Of a stretch of 64,000 bases of DNA, positions 51,123 to 64,000 are shown in pieces. The notes under the pieces are model-generated. The model had not been told where the DNA came from and did no database searches. It saw only the letters and a list, made by a program, of their open reading frames with translations. Every line of letters starts with the position of its first letter. The first letter of the stretch is position 1. The translations under genes and the position numbers were made by a program. This DNA comes from Phoronis australis (lineage: Eukaryota; Animalia; Phoronida). The stretch is from assembly GCA_002633005.1 (NCBI GenBank), contig NMRA01000300.1:134336-198335 (forward strand), read 5' to 3'.

Positions 51123-51269
51123 ATAGATTATTACATGTTCTCAGTCGTTATCTCACGTATCTGGAGAATTATCGCCCTCGCGGTTGACGCCCCTCGGGCG
51201 ATAATTCTCCAAAATCCACTCGGGCTCTAGAATATAGGGGATAACGACTGAGAACATGTAATAATCTAT
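51123..51269. mobile_element. Palindromic MITE with nested hairpin
   Basis: TIR ATAGATTATTACATGTTCTCAGTCGTTATC / GATAACGACTGAGAACATGTAATAATCTAT; inner hairpin GGAGAATTATCGCCC / GGGCGATAATTCTCC. Confidence 0.8.
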
Positions 51270-52999
51270 ATGTATACAACATCCGTATTTTCAAATATAT
51301 GGGATAAATATACATATACATATACATATATATATAATGGTGAGTACTCCACAGCAGTGCGCTACTTTTCTCGGAAACTTTCGCACAAAACTCTGCTGCC
51401 CAAAGAATCTGAACTCGTCATTTTAACAACAGATTCTTAAACCTAAGTGCTCTCAGTGGATTGCCGCAGACGACTTTGCAGCTGCATGTAATAGAATACA
51501 AAAAACAGGAATTACAAATTTCGTGAGAAAAATTTCGTGACTTAAAATTACCGCGATCTCCATGAAAAAACAAAACGAAACGCGGTCACGTGACTACTAG
51601 CGAAAGATCATAATTTTTTAAATATTGCATTTTTGCAATCATTAAGTATTTGAAAAAGATGTAGTTTCACGGTGCACCATCGGCATTTAAAAAGAAATAA
51701 AAGAAATTTATTAAAAAATTGATACCATGGGTAATAGAGGCACGGAAAATATCTTAAAGTTCAAAAATCGTCGGCAAGGTCAAAGGCTTTTCTAGACTAT
51801 TGAAATGTCAAATAAAAGCGACAGTAGATAATTACGATCACATTCTTAAGGCTGATAAGCAACAAATATGCACGTGCTGACAGCTGTTATGGTGACGGTC
51901 ATTGTCCAGCTCCGTACACAAAACACAAACAGTTATTCAGACGATCGACCCGTTTGGAATTTCGATGACGTGCTGGAGGCCAAACGAATTTTTCAGCGCA
52001 GGCATGTTGTCGCCGAGGCTCGAAATAGACTTCATCCTTACCTCTTGTTGACCTACGCTGTCTACACAAAGATTTCTTCCGAGTCAGAATTGAAAACCTG
52101 CCCCAGTTGTCCGTCATCCATTACCGCCAGGAGTCTGAAGGTTTCGGGTGAGTAGGTTGTGGCTAAGATTTCAAAAAATAAGAAAACGGAAAATTGTTGT
52201 TTTACACTTTTTACTTTGGTCAACAAATGTGTAGTTGAATACGATGGAATTGCCCTAGTTCAATCAGTGGTATCGCCCCCAACTAATCCGGGGTCCTCTC
52301 ATACGAAACTCGAACTTAGAATGCAGCTTTGAATTTTGATGAATGCGGCCGTGTGGAAACTTTTGCCAAAAGCCTGACACGCACGCAGTCACAATTTGTT
52401 TTATAATTAATATGAGAGAATAACGAATGAGTAAAAATGATTTTGTGAAACGTTTTTAAATAGCAAGGTCGCTCATAATATTTGACGAGGCATTGCCCAC
52501 TGAACGTTTGCAAGATTTAATCGGGAAATTCAATTAAATACGAAAGCAGAGTACATCCATGAACAAATATGATGTTATTTTGAATATTTTTGCAGTCTTA
52601 AATTAAAGACCTATATGGTCATTGAACTAAATAGATTTGGCAACTGCAACAACTTTTTTCATGTGTCGTATATTTTATAACGTTTACACTCATTTAGCAA
52701 TATGATATAATCATAACGAAGGGAGATAATGCTAGTATGTATAGAGTTCATAATTTCAAATGAAATGTTTAATTTAATATTCAGAAACCACACAATCTGC
52801 TAATTTTCCTAGTCAAATTGATCGTAGTTGGCTACCACAAAGGATTATCATGAATAGTTGCACCAAATAAATCTAAAGAGCCGACTGTTTCAATGTCCAA
52901 ATAATTGAACTTTGAGATTTTTTATTGTTTATTTCGAAAATTTCAATGTACAACAATACGAGTTAAGCCCAGAAAGCGCTAGATAACGTTGTATCTGGG

Positions 53000-54950
53000 C
53001 ATCACTTAATACAGATGAATGTACATATTTACAAATACAGCAATAATTTCGACGATTTATATAAAACTTTCATTATAAATTTAAAAAGGGATAGACATAA
53101 AAATTTTGATATACATGTGCGATACTGCTGTAGAATATCTTGCCGATAATGATCAAGAGTCGTTAGAAATGGGGAACATTATTAATTAAGAACTAAGCTG
53201 CGTCAGTTTAAGCAGCAAATGAATCCGCAAAGAAATGGAAATTTGGCAACGTTTTCTATAAGAGCCACATTGTTAGTGGAATCAAGTTTTCTATAACTAT
53301 TAAGTTTATCAGAAACTTACAGAAATTCGGAGTAAGCGTGGTTAATATCAGAGTATTGTTCGAGTATCTTGAAATGCTGTACTCTCTTATTTCGGTTTGC
53401 TGTGCAGCCAAAGAAGATAATTATGAGCAAATGATCGCAAGTTTCCACACCGACACAATGGTGGGGTTTCTCTAAAATTCTGTCAAAGTGTGTTGCTGTT
53501 AAGGAACAATCCGTTTCTTGTACAAGTTAATTTTGTGATCGCCGGTAAGTTGAAATAACGTTAAGCACACTGGCAACTCTGAAGCGATTGCACACCGTTT
53601 CATGTCATGCTTAGGTATGATAATTGAGGTGATTTCTTTTATTTTAATCGGTAAGGAATTCCAGTTAGCAATAATGCATGTTATTATTGTGGATCCAGGC
53701 CAACGTAAGGTGGATTAAAATATGAGAAACTGAAGTCCAGGTCTAGTTAGTTGCCGATTGTAAGAGTCAAATAGGATTGAACTCTGAGATGAGATTCATG
53801 GTCTGTATTGAGATAATAATACTAGGATCAAACACAGGAATTACAACCAATCTGAAGTTTCGGAAACAAGACTATGATGGTTTAATTATTCATTCTGCCA
53901 AAATTTGTATTGTGTCTCTTTAAAAAAGATACAAATGACTAGGCCACAAAAATTTCGTCTTAATCCATGGTCATTCATTCAACTGAAACAAACCAACTAA
54001 GATAATTCCATGCATCATTGTGTGCAATAAGTAGTAATCATTTTATGTGTTTTATATGTATATCACGTTGCAAAAACCTGTTTCTAATTAGTTCACTTTA
54101 TTGGTATGTCAACACATTTGCACACGGGTCCATTGGAATACCAGTTATTGTTTTAAATTGAATAGTAGTTTACTCAAAGATTAATTGACTGTGACGTACA
54201 AAATTAGCACTCCGTAATTATTAATTCGTTTAAATATCAGTTCTACTGTACAGTCAAAACTCAACTACAGTGTAAAAATACCTGTTCGTATTAGACCCCT
54301 ACTTAGGGAGAATACCTGTTCGTTTAAGTTGCTCAGAGCACAAGCTTTATAATGAAACAGGGCGGCACGTTGAGGAGAGAAACTGTGGAATTAATTGAAA
54401 GTGAAATACATGTTATGTGTCATTACCCTGTCCTTGGTGATGTGCGCAAAAACTTGCTGACGAACATTACAGACGATGGCAAAGTAATTAGATAATTTAA
54501 AAGCCATAATGTTTGTGAACTAAAAAGTCTGGTGCTAAACATATCAAGAGCAACAGTGCTAAGAGGTGACATTGTATCATTGTGAATTATAATGTATAAA
54601 CTGTGTTGTGAGGCCAACGCCTGCATACTATAATCAGTTGTGGTTCTAATTCTGATACTCAGGTAATGTTTTTAGAAATTTAAATTTAGATAAACAACTC
54701 GCAATGTTTAATGAGTACAAGAAATGAGCAGAGAATTTCCTAATACTTACCCACAGTGTGTCGGAAGTTTAATACATCACTTGTGTAGTCGTCTGATGTA
54801 GAGACTAAGTTGATTGTTTATACAGTTGCACCGGGAGATTGCGAGTATTGCGTGAGTGTTGATACAGTATTATAATAACTAAAGTGTGTAGATGTCCATA
54901 ACTGAATGGCTCCCATGCTAGCCGGCAGGTGGCAGGAATCTTTCAACAGT
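53000..54950 (-). mobile_element. Very degraded LINE-like remnant
   Basis: Minus-strand fragments PLC..VETCDHLL (zinc-knuckle-like, ~53425-53462) and SPLSTVALDMFSTRL (resembles RT LSPLLF...D.L, ~54525-54570). Weak; limits approximate. Confidence 0.35.
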
Positions 54951-55299
54951 GTTGTTTCTGTTCCAACGAACTACCTATTTTTAGCTGAACCGTATTTTCT
55001 CCTACGTCACAATAAGTGCTGCTAAAACGGTCCTTGGTCGATCGCAAGTGACGTTTCACGAACTCCGCACTATTCTCTCAGAATGGGAGTGTATTCTAAG
55101 TGACCGCACTTTCATACATGTATTTGTGTCCAGCTCCGACGATGAACCTGAACCGTTCACTCCGTCTCTTTGATTAGACGGGCTTTCCTTATGCGAAGTT
55201 TAGGAGGACGAACTTGGCGGACCACGATTTCGACGCGACATCGGTACAGTTGCGCTATACCTCGTTCGCGCTTATCTATCATTAGTCAGATGGTTGAAG

Positions 55300-55520
55300 G
55301 TGACGCACGTAAATTACGTGCGTAAATCAATTCTTGTTAGTGACGTAAATTAATTATTAACGACGTAAATTATTTTTTGCGGCGTAAAGTAACTTTTAAT
55401 GGCGTAAAGTAATTATTTGCGTGCGTAATTTACGCGCGTAAATTAAATATTAACGTGCGTGAATTACGCAAATGGATTGATTTTAAATTAAGTCGCAAAT
55501 GATTACTTTACGCAGCAATT
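55300..55520. repeat. Palindrome-rich AATTACGCGCGTAAATT array (probable MITE interior)
   Basis: Repeated CGTAAATT / AATTACG motifs in both orientations. Confidence 0.55.
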
Positions 55521-57149
55521 TGTTTCGCTGATGCAAACACCAGTATTTAGCGGCACTTCGTGAACGAAACAACTCGTAACCCGACGTAACCATATGTCAA
55601 CCATCAACATCGGCGACTATTGTTTTGTTTCACGACGACAAGTCACGAAAATAGCTCGAGTTGAGCAATTTAATTGCGGTCGCGATGGATAAGTTCACTC
55701 TGCCGTAAGAACTAACAGTCCTATAAGGAAACTCTCGGCTGCTTGAGACTGTAGTCGACTGCGTTCAGGATCCGCCACCAGCCAACACTACGAGTACCTC
55801 AACTAATGTGGCCACACCACTGTGCCTTCAAGTCCCAAACATGTTATATAGTTACACGACTGGCAGCTCTCCAGTCACGTGATAATATACAACTCTGGAC
55901 AAATGACTGATTCGAATACGTTATTTAGTTTCTCATAACCCGTGCATTTTTACATGTTTATGGCGTATATCTCTTGTGTATATTGTTTGTACTGTATTTT
56001 TGCGTGAGGGAGGATGTCGCAGATTGTGTTTGTGTATTTTAGTCACATTTTGATTGTCTTCTTTCTTTCCAAGGGAGTTCGTTGCGTGATCTACAGTGTA
56101 CATCATGATGTAGGATCTGCATTACTCTTGATTAAGATTGGTTCACTTTTACCCAGCATGCTTCACATTCTACATGTATCGCTTCCGCTATTACAATGGA
56201 ACTAGATAGACTCAACCTCGTTATTTCTATCTGTTCCGACCTACACCTCCTCTATATACACCTACGCCACAACGCTGCCAAATAGTTTAATAACTCATTT
56301 ACAAATCTTTCATAGGTACAATTTCAAAGCACTTGGTTTTTCTAAAGAAATCGATAAATTAATGAGATCTCGAGATACAGATTCACTAACGAGATCTCGC
56401 GATACAGATTCACCATTTTAATTCCAGACCTTTTGTACTTTCTTTATTGAGAACGTTTTAACAAATTACGTTGCGTCGGTCCAAAAATTCTGTTACTTTG
56501 AAAATTGTGAGCATTTTCAATTTCACAAAATTAAAGTAAACTCTAACATTTAAAGAGAAAATCAGCCTGTTTATCAAAGTCAACCGGAACTCACACTTGT
56601 GGTTTTAACCGGCCAAATCACATCCTCAAATTTTATAATGTTTGGATTCACTACAATGCTGATTTGATTTTGAATTACAGGAAAACGCATTTTCTGAAAA
56701 TGATTGCAGTGCCAACGCTATGTCAAAAAAGGAGTTCGTCCCTAATTCCCCCAGCTTCTTTATTCTCCCATCCAACGGCTCCTCAAACGATGATACCAGA
56801 CTCCGTTCCTTCATCGCCATGTCCCCCCGATTGGGTGTCCCCCCGATAGTGTGTCCCCCCGGACCCGATGTTCCCAAACCTGGTAACTCCTCTTCTCGTT
56901 TATTTAATTTTTGCGCGACGTCTTGGTATGCAGCAGGTGCTTGAGCCCATGCGCGTAAGAACGACACACCGGGAGTTGAATTGAACAAACTTAGGACACT
57001 TTTCAGTGAACAGGCATCGGATGATCAATACCAGGGCGCTGAATCTTTGAGACGGAGGAACGTCAGGACAATAGAACATAACGACAGGGGAACATTGGGC
57101 ATCGAAAACAACGGTAGCGTACCTGTCATTATTGAGACAAAGAACCATG

Positions 57150-57270
57150 GATGGGTGAACAGCGGGTGTGGAGATAGAGTGAACAGTGGGTTTGGAGGTT
57201 CGTGAACAGTGGGTATGGAGACGGGTGAACAGTGGGTGTGGAGATGGGTGAACAGTGTGTATGGAGGGCA
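57150..57270. repeat. ~24-bp G-rich tandem repeat
   Basis: GGGTGAACAGTGGGTGTGGAGA-like units, about 5 copies. Confidence 0.8.
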
Positions 57271-58889
57271 TATAGGACCTGGGAAAGGTCACTATGAACT
57301 AGAAAAAGGGTAACAAAATTTTCTCAATGATACTCAAAAATGACATTAGTTTTGTTCTCAAAACTGAATTAAAAATGTTTTTTCTAAGTTACTGAAAATA
57401 TTTTGCAAGTTTGTGTATGTTGTGTTTTACAGGATGTGGTAGAACAGTACTTAACCAATCCACTCAAAAGTTTAAGATAGACGTTTAAAAAGAATTAAAT
57501 CTACCCTACTGGACGTGTTGCTGAATGCGACATATTTCAAAAGTTGACAAAAATGTAACATCCTGTAGAATGTATTAAAATATGATTGATGATCAAGATG
57601 ACATTGGCTGCCGGTTCCGCTAGGTCCACCAGCCAACACATCTGATTAGTTCTCGATGACGATTGCCATCCTACGAACCAAACAGATGTCTTAGCAGGTT
57701 GACCCTGCGTTACCAGCCAAGGTAATCAGTTGTAGCCTTTGTGTGTGCAGAATTAAAAAAACAAACTGTGATATACGTATCATGACGTCAAATTAGCAAC
57801 AATTGAATGAACAACAGAAAGTTAGACTCAAACTATGTACATCACAAACCCACCTTGAAAACAACTTCAAGTAACACACCGGCTTAAATCCCCTAGCATA
57901 AGTATCATTTTTCATCGTTCTGTACGTTAATGAATATGACCATGTGAACCGCCGGAATTTCTGAGCATGTGAATGGCTGACGTGCAGCATCTAGCGCAAT
58001 ATGTTGTTAAACAATGTTATATTATAAAAATGTGCAAGTTAAAGTCGGGACTTTAAAGCGTTTGCTCTATTTGAAGTTTAAAACGTGTCTAACAGTTTTG
58101 GGAAATAATTGAGGTATTTCGAATTTCAAAGAAAAATTGATGTTTATTTGGTTTCCTGCCTCGTTATGTCATCAGTTGACAGTATATATGCAATGGCGTG
58201 TAGAGGTTATTTCGTAAGTTAAGAAGACTTTCAAAGTGATCTTGACAAGTCTTATGAAGACAGGTATGGAGATAGGAGTGAATACGACACTCAGGCTATA
58301 AGTAAAACAGATAATGAGTTAGACCTCGCCATATCGGCAGTCTTTTCGTGCTTGAGGCCGTACGAACTCGACTCTGACGCACCGACGTCTTCGGCAAGTG
58401 AAGCCGAGTCTACTCAGTCTGTGGACAGTCCTGATTTCAGAGCTGACGGTAGTTATAACCCTTTATTGATCACAATTTAATTTTCAAACCACTTTAGTGT
58501 CGAGTCATCTTTGCCGCGAACTCTGAATCTAACCGAAGTTTTTACCCTGACTGCCAAAGCTCAGTCGCGAATAGCGGCCACTGATTTCTTGTCTTGGCTA
58601 ATGCCCCGTGCGTTTGTCAGGAACGATCATGTCTAACTGGATTATATTTTCGATAAATGGTACTCGTTTCTGTTACAAAATTATGAAATTATTACCGTTG
58701 TGATTAGTCGATTATTTCGGTCTAGTGCCCAAATTGACCTATCGCCAGGATTATGACGGACGGCTTAATTGACCAATCAGAACGCAGCATTCTGCGTTTC
58801 CAAGCCGCCATTTTACCCGACAAACCACACGTAGTAGAGTAAAACTTACTTTAGTCTATACTAATAGCTCAAGAAATTGTCCACTAAGA

Positions 58890-59095
58890 ATGGGGAAACG
58901 GTGTTGATATGGCGTGTGTAGCAGCGACAGCCGTTATGCTGCATATCCCGTCATTTTTGGCATGTCCTAAGCCGAAAAATGATGTTGAAAAGCGTAAACT
59001 ATGGATCAAACTGTACGGCCACACGAGCAGCTGAACTTAGCGATGTTGCTTGATAACTCGAAGGCTATAATAAACACAAATATGTTAGTTCCAAG
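58890..59095 (+). pseudogene. Degraded THAP zinc-finger coding remnant (DNA-transposon derived)
   Basis: MGKRC*YGVCSSDSRY...(frameshift)CPKPKNDVEKRKLWIKLYG..PHEQLN...KHKYVSSK follows the THAP layout C-x-C...F/P...W...C-x-x-H with stop and frameshifts. Preceded by CCAATCAG and GCCGCCATTTT motifs at 58772-58814. Confidence 0.6.
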
Positions 59096-59787
59096 ATACG
59101 CACTTTTCAGCTTGGTGGCTATGGTGCAGAGCTATCTCAGATTTTGACTCCCGAGTTTCCTACGTCTGGCCGTCTTTCTCTCGGCACCTGCTGGATCTCA
59201 GCACTCTAGTGGTAGTCCCCGGAAATTGTTGTTTTCAAGGACATTTTTATTTTATGTTTTATTTTATTTATTTCAACCTAATGGACATTATTTTGTTTCG
59301 TATCAGAGGTACATTTTTGTTATTCATAAACCGTAGGCTGGCGTTCAACTGAACTTCTCTCCGGTCAAAATTCAGAGATTCGATCGGCACAGGGGAGGGC
59401 ACTGGATTACTGCCGGAACTCAAAGCCTTGGTCGAGCTGTTGTCACTAAAAATAAACTGTTGAATTACTTTTTGACGTGTAGGGGCCTACCTCTAGTATA
59501 CACTATGTCTGTAGAGTTAGAGAGAGCTCGCTTTGAAGTTGTTCAAACATGATATTTAGATTTATGAAGCTTTAAAAAAGAATTTGAGTTATTTTTGTAA
59601 ATACCCTATCTTGCAACTACCACACCAGACTTGTAATCTTTTCTAACCATACCACGACTTAGTGATCATGCTACCTTCAAAATTAAATGAAAGCTACCTT
59701 TATGGAATGAAACTACAAAAAATACCAAGTTCATAAGAAGGTAGGCCTAATTTAAATGTTTTCATGGACGGTGCAAACGGACAATTC

Positions 59788-60020
59788 CATAGGCGGATAT
59801 AGGGGGGGCAGGGGCCCCAGCCCCCCCCGCCTTAGCTGACGCAAGCAAAATGAAACAGCAAGAGCGTGAAGCGTGAGGAAATATTGAGTTCTGTAACTAA
59901 GACCGGTAGCGGAAAAGGGGGGCTCAGACTGCAGATCGCGGCGGAATCGTGTAACTGTTTTTTTAGTACACCGATAGATTTTCTGAACAGAAGGTCCAAC
60001 GGTCTACATCCATGGCCCCT
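59788..60020. mobile_element. MITE family 4, copy b (3'-truncated)
   Basis: Same 5' end and interior as 48637-48937. Explains the look-alike ORFs MKREEILSS at 48714 and 59866. Confidence 0.7.
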
Positions 60021-60354
60021 GCAACTGTTGGTACAATGCAATACACCTGTTTTAATATTAATAATAAATAATAAACTTCTTTACAGAGGATAAAATACCA
60101 TACAATTTAAATATGCTTGAGGCAAAGAGTAATATACAGCATGGTCTTCTTAAAGCAATTAATTAAATTAGATTAAATTAAAATAAATGGATATTTAGAA
60201 ATTAAATTTACAAACTGAATTAAAAATAAATCAAAACTTCTATATCTATGATATCTACAGTGAATTCTAGAGAGGAGAAATGACTGAAACGAAGGGGGGC
60301 AGCTATGATGACAACATCCACAAGTAACTGATGAGTCAGTGTCTGAAGTCATCG

Positions 60355-60551
60355 ACTCGAACGAGCCCCCCAATTTGGTAAATTGGGCAAAAAGGTCCGC
60401 CTCAGCGAAACAATAAGTCCGAGTAAGGGAGACAAAACTCCACGGAAGCACAATCCGTAGGTCTGAACCTAGAGGCCCAGTGTTTTTAGTCGTCGTTGAT
60501 TTTTTTGAAAACTTCGAGCCCCTCCTATATTTTAGGCTGGGTGCGCGCATG
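60355..60551. mobile_element. G/C-tract non-autonomous element family 2, copy d (inverted, partial)
   Basis: GAGCCCCCCCAATTTGG..GGCAAAAAGGTCCGCCTCAG...GGCTGGGTGCGCGCATG, the reverse complement of copy a. Confidence 0.7.
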
Positions 60552-61654
60552 CTAATTAAATATTTCTGGCTACGCCAGAGGGCGTGCCCACTCCTTCCTC
60601 ACACGACCAAAGACACTGTTTTGGAAATTACGTGAATACGTTTCCTTCGGAAATTGTTGATTGGTGCCCGCTTGCGACATTGTAATCCGCCAGTGCCTCA
60701 TGACGCTACTGTTTTTTCCGCCGAAATACCACCAGTTTCGCCAGCGTGCTCGCAGCTTAACAACCGGCACTGGTAGACTAGATGACTTCCTGCTCTTGGA
60801 AGACTTCATAAATGTTTCCAGGTCGCTTCTAAGTGGGAGGCTCTTTCTTAAATTTTCCGCAAATCTGTCCATGGGCTTTTTAGTCTATTTCTATTTATGC
60901 AAATTACGCTTTTTGAAATTTTATGTTTTGAAGAAGCGCTCAACAAACGAATTTTTTAAAATCCTCAAAGTGTTTATAACGTTCTTACCTGTATCGTTTC
61001 AAGTCCTCAAATGGCCCACATTTTGCCTTGACTTTACATAAGAGACGACGCAAGCTCCTGTGTTGCAGTTGTACATGTGGGGTATGTGTTTTAAATTAAA
61101 CAACTTAGGCGTCAAGGCCTCTGAATTTATTTATGGAACTGTTGCTGTTCTGATTTTTTATTTTTACGTTTAAATACTACACGTTGTCACTTGACGAACG
61201 TAAAAAGAGAAAATACTCCGAATATACAAACGTGTGTACAATAGTTACTAAAAACACTTGCGTTGCTTTAAGCAAAATGCGAAGACGGCCAAAAAAACTA
61301 CGATACCACATCTAGTGCAGTACATTTCCGTTGCCCTACTATGTTGTGACTCTAATATCTTGTGAACTCATCAAGCGACCACAAACAAATGGTACATCAC
61401 CCATTACGCAAGGGGTACATCACCCATTACAGCAACTGGAGTGCTGAAATCTCGACAAAGGTTGACATACTAACAAGGAATGTCATTCACGCTCAAGAAA
61501 GTTCATCTCACAATAACGCCATTGTGTCTCTTCTCTGGGAATTTTAAGGTATCGTCCCATCCATCAACACGTGGTTATCAAACTAAAATCTAGCAAGCGT
61601 TTTTCTGTCAATAATACGTTTTTATGTTTAACACGTAATCAGAGATATAGCCTA

Positions 61655-62955
61655 CTTAGCGACTCGCCCAGTCGCCAATGCGAGTAAAACTGGTGCTGGG
61701 CGAGTAGAAATTGTCTTTCGGTTGCCCAGGTGGCGAGCGAATTTTCAGAGCGCAAAAGCACTCTATCGTTTCCCAGATTAACATAAATAAATTTTCTCAT
61801 CCTCCTTGTGCTGTTTTTGTCATAAAAAACAAAGGTTCAGTTTGGTCAGCGCGTCGATGCTCCGGCAATAAAAAAAACATCGGCGTCGTGCACTCCTACC
61901 GATTCACTCCTCACGCGATTCGTCTAGACAAGAGATCTCCGTGGTTGGTCGTGCACAAAGGAATTTGTGGATTAGCCCAAAACGAAGGAAAAAGGGGAAA
62001 GGTGGAAGACCGTTCCATGTGCTTACAGCAAGTGAAATTGGGAAGCTAAAAACAGGGTCTGGGCGGTTAAAATCGAAATTTTTGAAAAGTCTTGATTTGT
62101 TGCTTACTGCACGGAGGACTGTGCTTACCATCACGGAGCTACACTGACGTCGGACTTCAAGCATATCAGTTAACAGATAGGTTGGGGGATTGAAGTAACA
62201 GACTTCCAACGGCCTGTGGTGCACGATACAGTGGCGTCGTGATCCCGAGCGTGCTTGGGTTTTACGTACGCGGGTGGCTGTTCGACATTTCTTAGAACAA
62301 AGGTATTCCTACAGGTAGGCGTGCGTTCAATAGGGCAAGTTTCTTGAGAGAAAAGACAGATTAAGCAACGTTCCGCTAGTTCGCGGTGCATTTCTAAGGG
62401 AAGCACTTGATTTTGTAAAGATTTTATTCCCGCTGGACACCTGGGCAACCAAACACATGCTTATGATTTACAGGTCTTCTTACTGAGTACTTCGCCGGGA
62501 ACTTGTAGGTTGGTAGCCAAGCACGTGCTAATGATTGACAGATTTTTTATTGAATACTTTGAACTTACTTTGAACAATGTAATATTTTAAAAACATTGTA
62601 TATTTCCCCTTTTTAGTTCAAAGCCAAAACTGCCTTGTTCAAAGCACTTGCTCAACAATCGGACGATAAGTGCTCGGTCGGCTGCCAACATAATGCAGCA
62701 AACTACACTACTTTGCACGTAGCTTTGGGCCAAGGCAACGTCTTGCGTTGCTGGCAATTCATCTACGTCAAAAGTTTCTTAGTGGGAATTCATTTTCTAA
62801 AAACGATACAAGCCCTCATAGATGGTGACACCAACGCTCGAGACGATGATTTTTATTGACATTGGCAGCAAGTGACGGAAACGGCTGGGCGACTGAACTT
62901 CGGGCTGGGCGAGTACATTTTCTGGCTCACTCGCCCAGCTGAGTTTTGAAACCTG
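61655..62955. mobile_element. Probable hAT-like non-autonomous/degraded DNA transposon
   Basis: Clusters of TCGCCC/GGGCGAGT subterminal motifs at both ends, right end TTTGAAACCTG; no intact transposase ORF. Confidence 0.4.
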
Positions 62956-64000
62956 TGTATATCCCTGATAATTGCCTAACATGAGAATCAGCTTGAACAT
63001 ACGTCTACCTTTCTTAGTGACGATACACTGTCGTGCCACTCCTGGTGTTCAATGTCATTACAGCGCTGGTTAAAAACGATTAAAGTCCTGGTCTCAAACT
63101 GCCCATGTGGTTCCAGTATCCGAAAATACTTACTAAATAAAATATTATTTTCGCCACCCTTTTTATATTCTTCTCCAGTTTATTTCCAAAAGCGATTTTT
63201 AACAGTAAAAATCGAAAAAGTGTCAAAATCGGGGCAAGCAGTATAAAGTTATTGCAATTTTGTGGCGAAATTTGTGTCACTTCGTTTGAATCGCGTCGGC
63301 CATATTGGAGGACAGCGGGATAAGTTACGAGTTTAAAACTTTGTGTAAATTGTTTTCGTTAACAATTTACGGTGAAATTTAGTGAGACATATCTTCACTT
63401 ACTATTCTGCACGATTCAACAGTGCTCACCAAAGTTCAGCCTCTCATTAAGTGATAAATGTGCTCACAATTCCCGTTGGACTTTCTGGCGGCACCGACAG
63501 CATGGCGACTTTTGCTGAACTGAAAGCCATGTTCAACCTGTTACTTTCTAATTTTTAAAGATTTAACGTTGATACATTTTGACAAACGTTGCCACAAAAA
63601 AGGAACTTTGTTCAATTTTCGTGTTTTTGTGCAAAAATATAAGATATATTCGAATTATTTTACTGTGAATTTCCCATTCAGGTGATCTTACATTAAGCTA
63701 TAAAAAATAGTTGAAATAATTTTGAAATGATTATTTGTTTGAATGTCAACTGCTGTTCAAGGCTTGATTAGGTGTCACAAAATGACTCATGTTTTTTCTA
63801 AATTTTAAGTCTCAATTGCTTTCAAGTAATGTTTTGTAACTTATTCAAGTTATCAAGTCAAAAATATGAATAATCTTAATTTGAGAAATAAGCTATGTTG
63901 GATTCTGAAGCTCCAAGCCTCCAATTTTTGTTCCTTGGAACTTCATATTTTTTTAAATCATGCTTGTCAAATTCTGGTGGAAGGAAACACTATTCGGTCA

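Noticed and set aside
60570-61041. Opposing 100-126 aa ORFs
   Set aside because: No domain or splice structure recognised; probably a transposon remnant, not supportable as a gene.

Overview
AT-rich, repeat-dense genomic DNA from an invertebrate animal (spliceosomal GT-AG introns, LINEs, MITEs, SINE heads; no prokaryotic features). Two protein-coding genes can be assembled by hand, both on the minus strand. (1) Wnt6, with four coding exons (20340-20267, 9524-9301, 7722-7445, 367-<1; the 3' end runs off the window). Its Porcupine acylation hairpin reads CQCHGLTGSC instead of CKCHGLSGSC, so Thr occupies the normally palmitoleoylated Ser position. (2) About 4.3 kb upstream of the Wnt6 start, a putative secreted ~241-aa protein built from phase-compatible exons: signal peptide (39112-39034), divergent chitin-binding type-2/CBM14-like domain (35516-35214) and a Ly6/uPAR three-finger-like domain (30876-30733 plus 24875-24676) with no GPI tail. 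The last intron of this gene holds a perfect 66-bp palindrome, a hairpin-forming 46-bp minisatellite and an L1/Tx1-type LINE that keeps its 14-bp target-site duplication but lacks the reverse-transcriptase core. The rest is degraded LINEs, a THAP-domain remnant, several MITE families, tandem repeats and one 44-N gap. Most ORFs in the supplied track are spurious. All gene models were built by eye without transcript data.
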